64,000 nucleotides of DNA from a bacterium (GCA_021836035.1 JAKBJL010000004.1:3841-67840), one strand, 5' to 3'; positions 13,245 through 23,318 are shown, counted from the stretch's first letter. Numbers and translations: made by a program. The notes: generated by a model not told the origin, from the sequence alone.

Positions 13245-14447
13245 ATGAACTACTATAACTACAAGGCCAAGGATGCCTCTGGCCGCTACCAAGATGGCAC
13301 AATCGAAGCGGTTGACGAGAAACAGGCCGGAGCGTTATTAAGAAGCCACGGGCTATTCGTGATCCGGATCAACCCCAAGGTAAAACTTCTTTCCGGAGAT
13401 TTATCTTTTATGAAAGGCGTTTCTCAATCTGAGGTCGCCCACTTTACCCGTTATCTGGCGACAATGTTAGGTACGGGTTTACCCCTAACAGACGCCCTTT
13501 CTAATTTGCAAAGCCAATCCAGCCCGGCATTGGCGGAAGTGATTTCTTCTATGACTCGGGATATTTCCGGCGGATCAAACCTCTCGGATGCGATGGGGCG
13601 TTTCCCGAAAGTTTTTAACAACCTTTATTTTAATCTGGTACGGGCGGGTGAAGCAAGCGGGACGATTGATGAGTCCCTAAACCGGCTGGCCGACACTTTG
13701 GAGAAGGAATTAGATTTTAAAGGTAAAGTAACGGGAGCGATGGTTTACCCCATTATTGTGGTTTCGGCAATGGGGATTATTGCTACCATTATGATGACCG
13801 TGGTTATTCCGAAAATCGCCGAGGTTTATAAACAATTCGGCGCTGATCTGCCCCTGCCGACGCAGATTTTAATTACGGTGTCCAATTTTATTACCAATTA
13901 CACCATTGTGGTAATTATTGTTCTGGCCGGGGTTGTGATTGCTTACCGCTCTTTTAAACAGACCCCCGCCGGCGATTATTTTTTATCCAATCTCTCTTTC
14001 AAAATTCCCGTTTTCGGGTCGCTGAACAAAGAAGTAACTCTCGCCGTAATGACCCGGACGCTTGGGGCTATGGTAGGTTCGGGGATTTCGATATTAGAAG
14101 CACTAAATATTGTGGCGGATACTGTTGGTAATAATATCTATCGTGAGGGTTTAATGATTGCCGCTAAAGATGTAGAAAAAGGTTTCCCCTTCTCCATGAG
14201 CCTGAAAAATGACCAGAATTTTCCCACGATTATTTCCCAGATGGTCGGCATCGGCGAGGAAACCGGGACGATGGATAAAAGCCTGCAGCGCCTGGCGGTC
14301 TTCTTCGAGGATTCCGCGGAGCGCCGGGTAAAGACCCTAACGACCGCTTTGGAACCGATCCTGATCCTAATTATGGGCGTAGGTGTTGCGGGATTGGCAA
14401 TTGCAATCCTGATGCCGATGTTTAACCTGGTTAATGTTATTAAATAA
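13245..14447 (+). CDS. pilC: Type IV pilus platform protein PilC/GspF
   Basis: Two T2SSF domains (GEASG, GEETG), YP..., LEP..., three TM segments. Confidence 0.95.
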   Translation: MNYYNYKAKDASGRYQDGTIEAVDEKQAGALLRSHGLFVIRINPKVKLLSGDLSFMKGVSQSEVAHFTRYLATMLGTGLPLTDALSNLQSQSSPALAEVISSMTRDISGGSNLSDAMGRFPKVFNNLYFNLVRAGEASGTIDESLNRLADTLEKELDFKGKVTGAMVYPIIVVSAMGIIATIMMTVVIPKIAEVYKQFGADLPLPTQILITVSNFITNYTIVVIIVLAGVVIAYRSFKQTPAGDYFLSNLSFKIPVFGSLNKEVTLAVMTRTLGAMVGSGISILEALNIVADTVGNNIYREGLMIAAKDVEKGFPFSMSLKNDQNFPTIISQMVGIGEETGTMDKSLQRLAVFFEDSAERRVKTLTTALEPILILIMGVGVAGLAIAILMPMFNLVNVIK

Positions 14448-14935
14448 TGCGCCGGGGCTTTACTTTAATCGAGCTGATGGTAGTAATTGCGGTTATTGGG
14501 GTTTTAAGCTCGATTGCTATTTACGGGGTAGAAGCCGCTTATCGGTCGGCACGGGATGTGCAGAGGATGCAAATTATGCGTGGGGTAGCTCTTGCCATCC
14601 AGGGATATCAGTCCATTAATAATGCTACCTATCCCGCTCCCTTTAACGGCTCAAGCGGCAATCGATTCGGAGACCTAGTTAATCCCCTTAATGGTTTATT
14701 AACTAACCCTGCGGGCGGAGGCTCATCACTTTTAAACGGTACACTTAAGGATCCCAGACAGGATTGCTCTTATGCCATAACCCAAACCAAGGACTGGTAC
14801 CCCTGCTGGCCGGCAATCTATCCGGAATATTCCTACGAAGTAGCCGACGGAATTCATTGCTCGGTAAATAGCGCCTATCAATTGGTTCTTACCAAAGAGG
14901 GCGGCGGGAAAAGCTATTTTTGTGGCCCGCAGTAG
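14447..14935 (+). CDS. Type IV pilin
   Basis: Class III signal MRRG|FTLIELMVVIAVIGVL; ARDVQR motif. Confidence 0.93.
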   Translation: MRRGFTLIELMVVIAVIGVLSSIAIYGVEAAYRSARDVQRMQIMRGVALAIQGYQSINNATYPAPFNGSSGNRFGDLVNPLNGLLTNPAGGGSSLLNGTLKDPRQDCSYAITQTKDWYPCWPAIYPEYSYEVADGIHCSVNSAYQLVLTKEGGGKSYFCGPQ

Positions 14936-14949
14936 GAATTTGTTGCCCG

Positions 14950-14979
14950 TTGACAAGAGGTCGAAAAATAGGTCATAGT
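14950..14979 (+). promoter_or_regulatory. Putative internal promoter for the major pilin genes
   Basis: TTGACA-N18-CATAGT; strong SD GGGGTGA before 15023. Confidence 0.5.
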
Positions 14980-15022
14980 TATATTAGGCAGAAATTTTTG
15001 ATAGGCGGAAGGGGGTGAAAGA

Positions 15023-15439
15023 ATGAAAAAAGGTTTTACGTTAGTAGAGTTGATGGTGGTAATCGCGGTTATCGCCATTCTTGCCACCATCGCTTTGTTC
15101 GGTATTCAGAAAGCGCAAGCAGCAGCTCGGGATACGCAAAGACAACAGATTGCGAACACAATGAGAGCGGCGGAGGAAAGGTATTATGGAGATCACGGAA
15201 CTTATGCAGCTGATTTTGGAGCACTAGCCACTTATATGGCTGATCCAACTGATCCAGGTTGTGGGACTGGCCCTCAACCTCTAACTTTGGCTGGCGCTAC
15301 GAGTGTATTAACGCCTGCAAATTGTACAGTTAACCCACCGGTAAGCTATACGATAACGAACTCAGGATCTACGGCTGACTATACGATTACTTTGGTCAAA
15401 GAGAGTGGTGGGAATAGTGTTTTTCTAAGTCCTAAGTAG
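15023..15439 (+). CDS. Type IV pilin, probable major pilin
   Basis: MKKG|FTLVELMVVIAVIAILA; own promoter and strong SD. Confidence 0.93.
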   Translation: MKKGFTLVELMVVIAVIAILATIALFGIQKAQAAARDTQRQQIANTMRAAEERYYGDHGTYAADFGALATYMADPTDPGCGTGPQPLTLAGATSVLTPANCTVNPPVSYTITNSGSTADYTITLVKESGGNSVFLSPK

Positions 15440-15497
15440 AATTAAACAAATTGTTTAATTTTGGGACTTTATCCCGAAAAGGGGGAGGTGAAATAGT

Positions 15498-15926
15498 TTG
15501 AATCTGCCCGAAAGCAGAAAAGCTGATAAAGGTTTTACATTAGTTGAATTGATGATCGTCATTACGGTCATCGCTATCCTGGCAACGATCGGGGTAATGT
15601 CTTTTACCAGAGTACAAAAGCAAGCCAGGGATACCAAGCGGAAAGGAGATCTCCGGGCGTTGGCTACAGCATTGCAGGCATATTATACGGAAAAGACGGC
15701 TTATCCGGCCACGCTGGGTTTACTTGTTCCGGATTATATTCCTAATGTACCTCCTCCTCCGGCCGGAGCGTCGCAAGCAGTATATACCTATAATACCGAT
15801 TCAGCGTCGAAATACGCGCTTTGCGCGGTAATGGAAACACAGGATCCGGCCACTCTGATTTGGAAAGTTTCTACGCTTAACCCGGGAGGTTACGTTACTG
15901 CTGATGCCGCCTGTGGCATTGAATAA
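15498..15926 (+). CDS. Type IV pilin (GspG-like)
   Basis: KG|FTLVELMIVITVIAILATIG, ARDTKRKGDL; TTG start with SD GGAGGTGA. Confidence 0.92.
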   Translation: MNLPESRKADKGFTLVELMIVITVIAILATIGVMSFTRVQKQARDTKRKGDLRALATALQAYYTEKTAYPATLGLLVPDYIPNVPPPPAGASQAVYTYNTDSASKYALCAVMETQDPATLIWKVSTLNPGGYVTADAACGIE

Positions 15927-15942
15927 GGCAGAGTAAATAACA

Positions 15943-15971
15943 ACACGCCCCGCGATCTTTGCGGGGCGTGT
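15943..15971 (+). terminator. 11-bp perfect hairpin after the pilin genes (terminator or 3' stabiliser)
   Basis: ACACGCCCCGC-GATCTTT-GCGGGGCGTGT; AT-rich tail but no clean U-run. Confidence 0.65.
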
Positions 15972-15986
15972 AAATATTTATTTAAA

Positions 15987-16766
15987 ATGGCTGATTTAGT
16001 AATTATTTGGGTAGTTGGAACAGCTCTTTTCGGTTTGATAATCGGCAGTTTTTTAAATGTTTTGATTTATCGCTTGAACACCGAAGGCTCCCCTTCTCCT
16101 TTTTTCGGGCGGTCCTTTTGTCCCCATTGCCAACACGTGCTGAATTGGTTTGACTTGGTTCCCATTTTCTCCTTTATCTCGCTTAACGGACGTTGCCGCT
16201 ATTGCCGCAGCCCGATAGGTTTAAGATATCCTACGGTAGAACTGGTGACCGCTCTTTCCTTTGCCGCGGTTGCTCTCTATACCGGAATACAGGCTCCCCT
16301 CTTATTGGCGGAAAATTTAATTTTAACCGCGGTTTTGATTTTAATATTTTTCAGCGATTGGATTTTCGGCTTGATCCCGGATGAAGCGGTTATTATGCTG
16401 GGTCTTTTGGGATTAGCCGCCCATATAGGCAATGGGGAAGAACTGGCTTTGGCTTTCAGCTCTGGCCTGGTATTTGCCAGCCTTTTTGCCCTCCTCATTG
16501 TCCTCACGCGCGGCCGGGGTATGGGCTGGGGCGATGTAAAACTGGTATTGGTAATGAGTCTCGTTTTAGGCTGGCCGAATATTTTGCTTGCCCTTTGGCT
16601 GGGTTTTGTGGCCGGCGGAATTGTTTCCTTAACACTTGTACTCTTGCAACGGAAAAAATTTAATGAAACAATAGCTTTGGGGCCGTTTCTGGTTTTAGGT
16701 ACGGCGGTTGCCTATTTTTATGGTCCAACGATTATCTCCGCTTTCTTTCGGTTATACCCTCATTGA
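15987..16766 (+). CDS. pilD: Prepilin peptidase / N-methyltransferase
   Basis: GSFLNVLIYR, CPHC...CRYC, first Asp in FFSD, GMGWGDVKL, GPFL. Confidence 0.95.
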   Translation: MADLVIIWVVGTALFGLIIGSFLNVLIYRLNTEGSPSPFFGRSFCPHCQHVLNWFDLVPIFSFISLNGRCRYCRSPIGLRYPTVELVTALSFAAVALYTGIQAPLLLAENLILTAVLILIFFSDWIFGLIPDEAVIMLGLLGLAAHIGNGEELALAFSSGLVFASLFALLIVLTRGRGMGWGDVKLVLVMSLVLGWPNILLALWLGFVAGGIVSLTLVLLQRKKFNETIALGPFLVLGTAVAYFYGPTIISAFFRLYPH

Positions 16767-17268
16767 GCTGATGTCCGTGATTGCCGTGATGGCGATTATT
16801 GCTACCATCGGTTTTTACGGTATGCGCGGTACTGACGACAGCCAAAAAGTTGCGGAAGCTAAACGCCAACTGCTTGCCGATCTGCGCGGGGTGCAAAACA
16901 ACGCTCTTGCCGGGGAAACCGGCGGGCAAACGAGGTGGGTAACTTTTACCCAAAATAGTTATACTATTCGCTCGGTGGATAATTATTCGCATAAATTTGA
17001 ACAGGACACGACAACCACTTTACCGGATGGGGTTACTCTGGATGCGCAACCAGCATTACCAAATCCCTTTACGGTTTGCTTTGCAAACCCCAATGCTGTT
17101 GAGATAACTTGCCCGCCGGAAGGGTTACCCCACGATATTCATTTTACTTTTCCGTATTCGAGTGGGGGAACTTTAAATATCACGTTGCACGGACGCAGCG
17201 GACCGGTGGAAAATATTTATATCCAGCCGGATTCGAATGATGTCCGTGTGGTGCGGATTTATGATTGA
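16720..17268 (+). CDS. Minor pilin (FimU/GspH-like)
   Basis: G|YTLIELMSVIAVMAII; start at MVQRL overlaps the pilD 3' end. Confidence 0.85.
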   Translation: MVQRLSPLSFGYTLIELMSVIAVMAIIATIGFYGMRGTDDSQKVAEAKRQLLADLRGVQNNALAGETGGQTRWVTFTQNSYTIRSVDNYSHKFEQDTTTTLPDGVTLDAQPALPNPFTVCFANPNAVEITCPPEGLPHDIHFTFPYSSGGTLNITLHGRSGPVENIYIQPDSNDVRVVRIYD

Positions 17269-17701
17269 CGAATTAAAAACAAAAAAAGGGATGACTTTGG
17301 TGGAGACAGCAGTAGCCTTGGCTTTAATGCTGGTTATCGGCGGGGCTTTAGTTTCCTTTGCCGTCGGAGGGCTATCTCTTTCCAACTCTTCCAATATCCG
17401 CGCGGCGGCTACCAGACTGGCGGAGGAAAAAATGGAATTGATCAAATCGACAGAACACAACAATAAAATGGCTATCCAAACGGGAGATTTTAGTTCCCTG
17501 ATTAGTTCTACGGATCATCCCGGCTTCGGTTCCAATGCTACTTTTTTTACCCGGACGGTTACCGTAACATCTGTCGGAACGCCTCCGGATCGGGTAATCG
17601 TAGCGGTTTGTGTTTACTGGGATGAAAAGGGCAGGATCGGTAATTGCGCCTCAGGAATGAATGCCGTTAAACTTTCAACATATATTACCAAATGGGAATA
17701 A
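17261..17701 (+). CDS. Minor pilin (PilV/GspI-like)
   Basis: KKG|MTLVETAVALAL, ATRLAEEKME. Confidence 0.85.
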   Translation: MIDELKTKKGMTLVETAVALALMLVIGGALVSFAVGGLSLSNSSNIRAAATRLAEEKMELIKSTEHNNKMAIQTGDFSSLISSTDHPGFGSNATFFTRTVTVTSVGTPPDRVIVAVCVYWDEKGRIGNCASGMNAVKLSTYITKWE

Positions 17702-18246
17702 AAATTTTAAAGAGGAAAAATACCGGCGGTTTTACTTTAGTAGAGGCTTCAGTGGTTATTGGTATTTTTGCCATACTCTTATCGGCGGGAATCACGATCA
17801 TTTTACAGGTAATGCAGGCTTCAAACGCTGTGGCGACAGAAAATGAATTGCGGCAAAACGCTTCTTTGGCAATGGAAACGCTGGGCCGGGACATTCGGAA
17901 AGCTGCCTGTGTGGTGACATCCAATAGCGGCCACACATTAACCCTTTATACGTCTTACTCTTCCGGAGTATGCAACCCCAACTCTTGGTTTGTCCATTAT
18001 GACTTCGTAAACGGTTCGGGTCCTCCTACCAGGATCGAACTAACAAAAACTACTAACGGGGCATTACCCGATTCGATATCCAGCAAAAAGGTAACTTTTA
18101 GCGGCTCAACATTTAGCAGCACCAATGTAACCGGGCCGGTGACCATCAACCTGCGTGTTTCTTCAACTTATACCGGAACACGAGCGGACTTTAGTGGGAC
18201 GATTACCCAGCAGGAAACTGTTTCTCTGAGACAACTTAACTATTAG
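17692..18246 (+). CDS. Minor pilin (PilW/GspJ-like)
   Basis: GG|FTLVEASVVIGIF, METLGRDIRKA. Confidence 0.87.
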   Translation: MGIKILKRKNTGGFTLVEASVVIGIFAILLSAGITIILQVMQASNAVATENELRQNASLAMETLGRDIRKAACVVTSNSGHTLTLYTSYSSGVCNPNSWFVHYDFVNGSGPPTRIELTKTTNGALPDSISSKKVTFSGSTFSSTNVTGPVTINLRVSSTYTGTRADFSGTITQQETVSLRQLNY

Positions 18247-18290
18247 TCCGTGGCTTGACAAGAGGCGGGTAGTTAACATACGATGAAATT

Positions 18291-19115
18291 GTGAGGGACA
18301 ATCACGGCCAAATAGCAGTTTTTGTACTTCTCGTAATGCTCATGGGATTGACTGTGGGCCTGTCTATTACTTCCCGCACAATTCAGGATATTCGCCAATC
18401 GCAGATATCTGATCAGTCCAGCCGGGCTTTTACGGCAGCCGAAGCAGGTATTGAAGAGGCTTTATCTTTATCACAGGCAGATTTGGCTGGTAAGGTGGGA
18501 ACACCGCAACCAGTAGATGCTACAGTTTTGGGTTTTAACGGCAATATTACTTATGAGGTAAGCCAATCTTCCGGTAATACTTATACGGTTAACGGGGTAA
18601 AAAAAGATGATGTGGTATCGATAGACTTGGGCGGATTAGGTGGAGACTCGATTACCGTTTTTTGGAACAGCTCATCAGAAGCACCCGTCTCCCCTTACAA
18701 TTGCGGGGTGGATAACAGCGGCCCTTCCTCTTTGGAATTAACCTTTTATTATTTAACGACAGGCGGTAATTACGGAGTACAAAAATTCGCTTATAATTCT
18801 TCGAGTTGTAACTCTCTTGGTCCGATTAATCATTTTTCTCAGGCGAGCGCAGGCAGCTCTAATTTTAATGATAAGACTGATACCCTGACTATCCCTTCGG
18901 GTAGCAAAATTTTATTAAGAATCAGACCGATCTATCGGGGAACATCTATTATGGTGCAGGCCACGAAGGATTTGCCGCCGCAGGCATATGAAATTACCGC
19001 TACCGCGACAACTTCCGGCGGGGCGACCAGGAGGGTTCAAGTCACTAAATCGGCCGGTACTTTGCCTTCCATCTTTGATTATGTCCTCTTCTCCGGACAG
19101 GATTTAAAGCAATAA
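18291..19115 (+). CDS. Minor pilin (PilX-like, no Glu5)
   Basis: NHG|QIAVFVLLVML, RAFTAAEAGIEEAL PilX N-terminal pattern. Confidence 0.85.
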   Translation: MRDNHGQIAVFVLLVMLMGLTVGLSITSRTIQDIRQSQISDQSSRAFTAAEAGIEEALSLSQADLAGKVGTPQPVDATVLGFNGNITYEVSQSSGNTYTVNGVKKDDVVSIDLGGLGGDSITVFWNSSSEAPVSPYNCGVDNSGPSSLELTFYYLTTGGNYGVQKFAYNSSSCNSLGPINHFSQASAGSSNFNDKTDTLTIPSGSKILLRIRPIYRGTSIMVQATKDLPPQAYEITATATTSGGATRRVQVTKSAGTLPSIFDYVLFSGQDLKQ

Positions 19116-19132
19116 ATTTACGGGTTACTACC

Positions 19133-20566
19133 ATGTTTAAAATGCGGATATTTTTAAGCGGGATTTTATTGCTTCTGTTTCCCCTTGCCGTAAAAGCCGC
19201 CAGCCCCCCGGTTACCACGCTTAGCGTGGTAAATTCTACTTTGGGTAATAACGGCTGGTATATCAGCGGAGTGGATACGGTTTTAAACGCGACGGCGGTG
19301 GCTCCGGCCGGTATCGCCTCCATCAATTACTATTATGACAACCCGCCGGTGACCACAGTCAATTTTCTGGGAAACAATCTCCAAGAGTCGACGGAAAAAA
19401 TATTTACCGCTAACGGTACCCACGCTCTTTATTATTGGGCGGAGGATTCGCTGGGTAGCCCCGAAACAACCAAATCCGCGACTTATAAGATTGATACGAT
19501 GGCTCCTTATCCCTGGATGAATTGGATTGCCACCCAACTTTTAAATGACCATACCTTCCAAATTAAGGTGGATATCAGCGACCTGACTTCCGGTATCGAT
19601 CCTACAAGTGCCCAATTCCAGTACCGGACGGATATCGGTTTACCCTACGGTTATCATACCGATTTGCTTAATTGTTCCAGCCCTTTCCAGACAGATGCCT
19701 GGGCACCGGCAAGCTATAGCGGCGGAAAAGTCACCGTGCCGGCGATTGATTTTTGTAATAGCAATTGGGGGACCTGCAGTAAGTATCTCCGGATAAAAAT
19801 TACCGATCAGGCAGGAAACAACAGCATCGGTCAATATTGCATAAACAGTCCCTGGTTTATAACAAAAAACGGCGATGCTCACGCGGAACTGGGCTATTAC
19901 GTTACCTCTCCGGCGGCGGGTAATTACTCCGCTGATTATATAGTTTCTTACGGAGGGGGCAGTAATTCCGGTTTCAGCTCTGCTAATTCCTGGTATTTGG
20001 ATGATTATCCCCTGGATAGTATCCGCCCGACATACGCCAGTTTGTTTACGGATGTGGGCGCTAGAGCCGTAGCGTTGCCTTCGGGTCGCCTACCGATAAT
20101 CAGCGGCGTTTATTTGGTAGATTCCGGGTATACCATTGACAACACCACAATTCCGAACAATCTGGCTACCCAGCAAAACCTCGGCGCAGTGATTTTTGTC
20201 AACGGAGATTTAACTGTTAATGCCCACTATATCCTCCACCCCTCTGCGGCTTATGTATTTATCGTTTCTGGTCGGGTTTTGGTTAATAATAGTGTGGATG
20301 AGATGTCCGGCTATTTTATTGCCGACGGGAATATTGATCTTTCTTACACCAGCTCGGGAAACGAAACTACAAGCAAACCTATAAATGTTTACGGCGGTTT
20401 AGTATCCGGAACCGGATTCCGTTTTAGCCGCTCGTTTCCGGACCAAAAAAATGTAACGACGCCCACAGCAATAATTACCCTGCAGCCAGGATACTTTTTT
20501 AATCAGGCCCTAATGAGGGATTTCGGCGTCAAAGCCTATTATAAATGGGCGGAAGTAGCGCCATAG
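19133..20566 (+). CDS. Secreted beta-rich protein with Ig-like repeat, candidate pilus-associated adhesin
   Basis: Sec signal ending AVKA; GNNGWY...GTHALYYWAEDSLG...KIDTMAP Ig-like pattern; C-terminal V.GDL.V / F.VSG.V repeats; follows pilX. Confidence 0.6.
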   Translation: MFKMRIFLSGILLLLFPLAVKAASPPVTTLSVVNSTLGNNGWYISGVDTVLNATAVAPAGIASINYYYDNPPVTTVNFLGNNLQESTEKIFTANGTHALYYWAEDSLGSPETTKSATYKIDTMAPYPWMNWIATQLLNDHTFQIKVDISDLTSGIDPTSAQFQYRTDIGLPYGYHTDLLNCSSPFQTDAWAPASYSGGKVTVPAIDFCNSNWGTCSKYLRIKITDQAGNNSIGQYCINSPWFITKNGDAHAELGYYVTSPAAGNYSADYIVSYGGGSNSGFSSANSWYLDDYPLDSIRPTYASLFTDVGARAVALPSGRLPIISGVYLVDSGYTIDNTTIPNNLATQQNLGAVIFVNGDLTVNAHYILHPSAAYVFIVSGRVLVNNSVDEMSGYFIADGNIDLSYTSSGNETTSKPINVYGGLVSGTGFRFSRSFPDQKNVTTPTAIITLQPGYFFNQALMRDFGVKAYYKWAEVAP

Positions 20567-20636
20567 TAAAACAAGTTCCAATACAAAAATAAGAGGTGCG
20601 AAAAAACCAATCAGCATTCTTCTTGTAGTTCTATTT

Positions 20637-20664
20637 GAACTTGAGCTTGAACTTTAACTTGAAC
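20637..20664 (+). repeat. Short 6-nt tandem repeat (GAACTT-like) in intergenic DNA
   Basis: gaactt gagctt gaactt taactt gaac. Confidence 0.6.
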
Positions 20665-20725
20665 ATATACCTACACTCCGTGGATACTTGACATAAGATG
20701 TCGAAATCGTCGATACTAGATTAGC

Positions 20726-21763
20726 ATGAAATTTCGGGAGCATTTCGGGTTGGACATCGGCGGCGCGGATGCCAAAGTAGTGATGCTGACTCCGCACGGT
20801 AATAATTTAAAATTGGTCGGCTTCGGGAAAGTTTCCGTACCCCCTGGATCTTCCATGTCCGAGAATCATGCAGATCAGGAAAGACTTGCGGAGACCATTA
20901 GAAAATTGTTGCAGGATGCCGGTATTTCCAGCCGGAATGTTGCCGTAGCTCTTCCTGAATCCCAGGTTTTTACCCGGGTAATCGAAACTCCGGTTTTGTC
21001 GGAAGCGGAGCTGGAAAGCGCGATAAAATGGGAGGCGGAACAATATGTCCCCGTTCCTTTAAACGAGGTATTACTACGGCACCAAATTCTTTCCGTACCT
21101 GAGAAAAATGTTCTCGGAGCCAAAATGGATGTACTTTTGGTTGCCGCTCCGCATGCAGTCGTGAACCGCTATATGAACATTCTTAAACTGGCAGGCTTAC
21201 AGGTTTTAGCTATCGAAACGGAAATCTTTGCCATTTCCCGCGCCTTAGTGGGAGCCGACCCCTACTCCCCGACAACTCTCATAGTCAATTTGGGGGCCAC
21301 GACAACGGACTTATCGGTAGTCAAGAAAGGCAATTTAGCCTTTGTCCGCTCGATTGCTACCGGCGGCGAGGCGATAGCTCGGGCAGTTTCGGCAGATTTA
21401 AATATAGATATTAGCCAGGCGGAAGAGTACAAGAGAGCGTATGGACTGGATCCGGACAAACTTGACGGGAAGGTGGTAACTGCGATAAAACCAATAGTAG
21501 AGGTAATTGTGACGGAAATTAAACGGGCAATGGTTTATTACCAGACTAAAAAGCCCGATGATCCCGTCAGGAGAATGGTTTTATCGGGTGGGATGGCGCA
21601 AATGCCCGGCTTAGTCAATTTTTTAGGCGAATCCCTGACGCTGGAAGTCCAGGTGGGTAACCCGGTAGCCAATATCATGAAGAATGACCAACAGGCGAAA
21701 GCGATGTTGGACGATGCCCCGATTTACAGCGCGGCGGTCGGGCTGGCGATGAAAGAAGCCTAA
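20726..21763 (+). CDS. pilM: Type IV pilus assembly protein PilM
   Basis: FGLDIG, WEAEQYVP, VNLGATTT, LSGGMA, AVGLAMK actin-like motifs. Confidence 0.94.
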   Translation: MKFREHFGLDIGGADAKVVMLTPHGNNLKLVGFGKVSVPPGSSMSENHADQERLAETIRKLLQDAGISSRNVAVALPESQVFTRVIETPVLSEAELESAIKWEAEQYVPVPLNEVLLRHQILSVPEKNVLGAKMDVLLVAAPHAVVNRYMNILKLAGLQVLAIETEIFAISRALVGADPYSPTTLIVNLGATTTDLSVVKKGNLAFVRSIATGGEAIARAVSADLNIDISQAEEYKRAYGLDPDKLDGKVVTAIKPIVEVIVTEIKRAMVYYQTKKPDDPVRRMVLSGGMAQMPGLVNFLGESLTLEVQVGNPVANIMKNDQQAKAMLDDAPIYSAAVGLAMKEA

Positions 21764-21764
21764 T

Positions 21765-22328
21765 ATGGCCAAAGATATCAATTTACTGCCGGAAAAAGAA
21801 GTTAAAACCAAGCGGGAAGAAGCGGCGATCGGTGGTTTTTATAAGTTAAGTTTGGTTTTTATAGCCTTAGTAGCTATTGTGGCCGGCGGAGTTTTTGGAG
21901 TCGGCCAATTTTTTTCCCTTCAGGTAAAAGCCGTCGAGAGAGCAAATGATAATCTGACTTCTATTATTAACAACCTACGTTCGCGGGAAATTCTTTTGCA
22001 GTCTACCAAAAGCAAAGCAAAAGGCATCAGTGAGATTGTCAGTAAGCGCCCGGATTTTGCTTCCGTGCTGGATGATATCAGCGGTTTGTTACCCGATGGA
22101 GTTCAGCTCAGCGAGTTACAGGTAGACAGAAAAGGAATGGTGAAATTGACGGCTAAAGCGGATAACTCTTCCTCGCTGAATACATTTTTGACCGCCTTGA
22201 ATGACCCCGAAAAGGGCGGCAAGATGTTTAATAAGCTAACCGTAACCAGCATTAAAAACGATAAGAGCGGCGGCTATCTGGTGGTCTTAACCATGAACCT
22301 AATAGGAGGAAAATGGAAAACCGGATAA
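21765..22328 (+). CDS. pilN: Type IV pilus assembly protein PilN
   Basis: INLLP N-terminal motif, TM, coiled coil, LPDGV ferredoxin-like domain. Confidence 0.9.
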   Translation: MAKDINLLPEKEVKTKREEAAIGGFYKLSLVFIALVAIVAGGVFGVGQFFSLQVKAVERANDNLTSIINNLRSREILLQSTKSKAKGISEIVSKRPDFASVLDDISGLLPDGVQLSELQVDRKGMVKLTAKADNSSSLNTFLTALNDPEKGGKMFNKLTVTSIKNDKSGGYLVVLTMNLIGGKWKTG

Positions 22329-23083
22329 GAGAATTAGTCATCCCTATTATTCTCATTTTGGTCGGTGTAGGTGTGATTTTGATGGGAATTTTACCCGGCA
22401 TCGATTCCATAAAAAAGGCCCGGGCGGATTTGGAGGCAGCCAAGAAGAAACAGTCCGTCCTTCAGACCAAAGCTAATGTTTTGAATTCTATGGATGAGGC
22501 TTCAACACGCTCTCTTTTAACTATTGCCTCCAATGCCCTGCCCTCAGAGAAAAATGTTCCCGGCTTATTAGCCGGATTGGAACGGATGGCTCAGGAAGCA
22601 TCTGCTTCCATCCAGGATTTTTCCATCGCCCCGGGGATGCTAGCGACGGAAGCTGCAGCGCCGCCTCCGACTATCGATAAAACCCCTGCCCAGCCAACCT
22701 TTTTTGTCTCCCAAAATAAGGAGAAAGATTACGGTGCCGGGGTAAGTGCGATCCCCTTTATGGCTACTCTTAAAGGAAATTACCTGGCGCTGCATGATTT
22801 TCTGGCCGGTATCTATAAGGTAAATCGCCTTTTGGGGGCCGACTCCATCGTATTTAAAGTCAACGAAAGACCAGCAACCAAGGGACAACAGGACATTTCT
22901 TCCGATTTAGTTCTTCTGGTTTATTATCAACCCGAGGTAAGTTCCGTTGGTAAATCTGATATGCCGCTGGAGCTTTTAACGGAAAAGGAAAAAACCCTGA
23001 TTCAATCAATGTCCGCTAATCCGGTTGTCACTAATCCTCCGGAGCTGGTACCCACCGGGAAAGTTAACCCTTTTAATCCTTAG
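22313..23083 (+). CDS. pilO: Type IV pilus assembly protein PilO
   Basis: TM + coiled coil, ALPSEKNVP, GNY..L..FL, terminal NPF; follows pilN. Confidence 0.85.
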   Translation: MENRIRELVIPIILILVGVGVILMGILPGIDSIKKARADLEAAKKKQSVLQTKANVLNSMDEASTRSLLTIASNALPSEKNVPGLLAGLERMAQEASASIQDFSIAPGMLATEAAAPPPTIDKTPAQPTFFVSQNKEKDYGAGVSAIPFMATLKGNYLALHDFLAGIYKVNRLLGADSIVFKVNERPATKGQQDISSDLVLLVYYQPEVSSVGKSDMPLELLTEKEKTLIQSMSANPVVTNPPELVPTGKVNPFNP

Positions 23084-23318
23084 AGGCTTCTAATAGCTCG
23101 ATTTGTATCCGTCGCTGATTTTTCGTGGCGATAATTTTTATCAGGGTTCTCACTGCTTTGATAATTTTCCCGCTTTTACCGATTACTTTGCCCATGTCGG
23201 AGGGGTCAACAGCAATCGTCAGGATGGTTTGCCCTAAATCGTCGGTGGTTTCGCCAATATGCACTTTTTCGGGGGTATCAACGAGACTTTTAACGATGAA
23301 ATCGAGGGCGTCTTTCAT
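23073..23318 (-). CDS. khpA: KH-domain RNA-binding protein KhpA
   Basis: DMGKVIGKSGKIIKAVRTL; adjacent to rpsP. Confidence 0.92.
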   Translation of the reverse strand: MKDALDFIVKSLVDTPEKVHIGETTDDLGQTILTIAVDPSDMGKVIGKSGKIIKAVRTLIKIIATKNQRRIQIELLEASKD

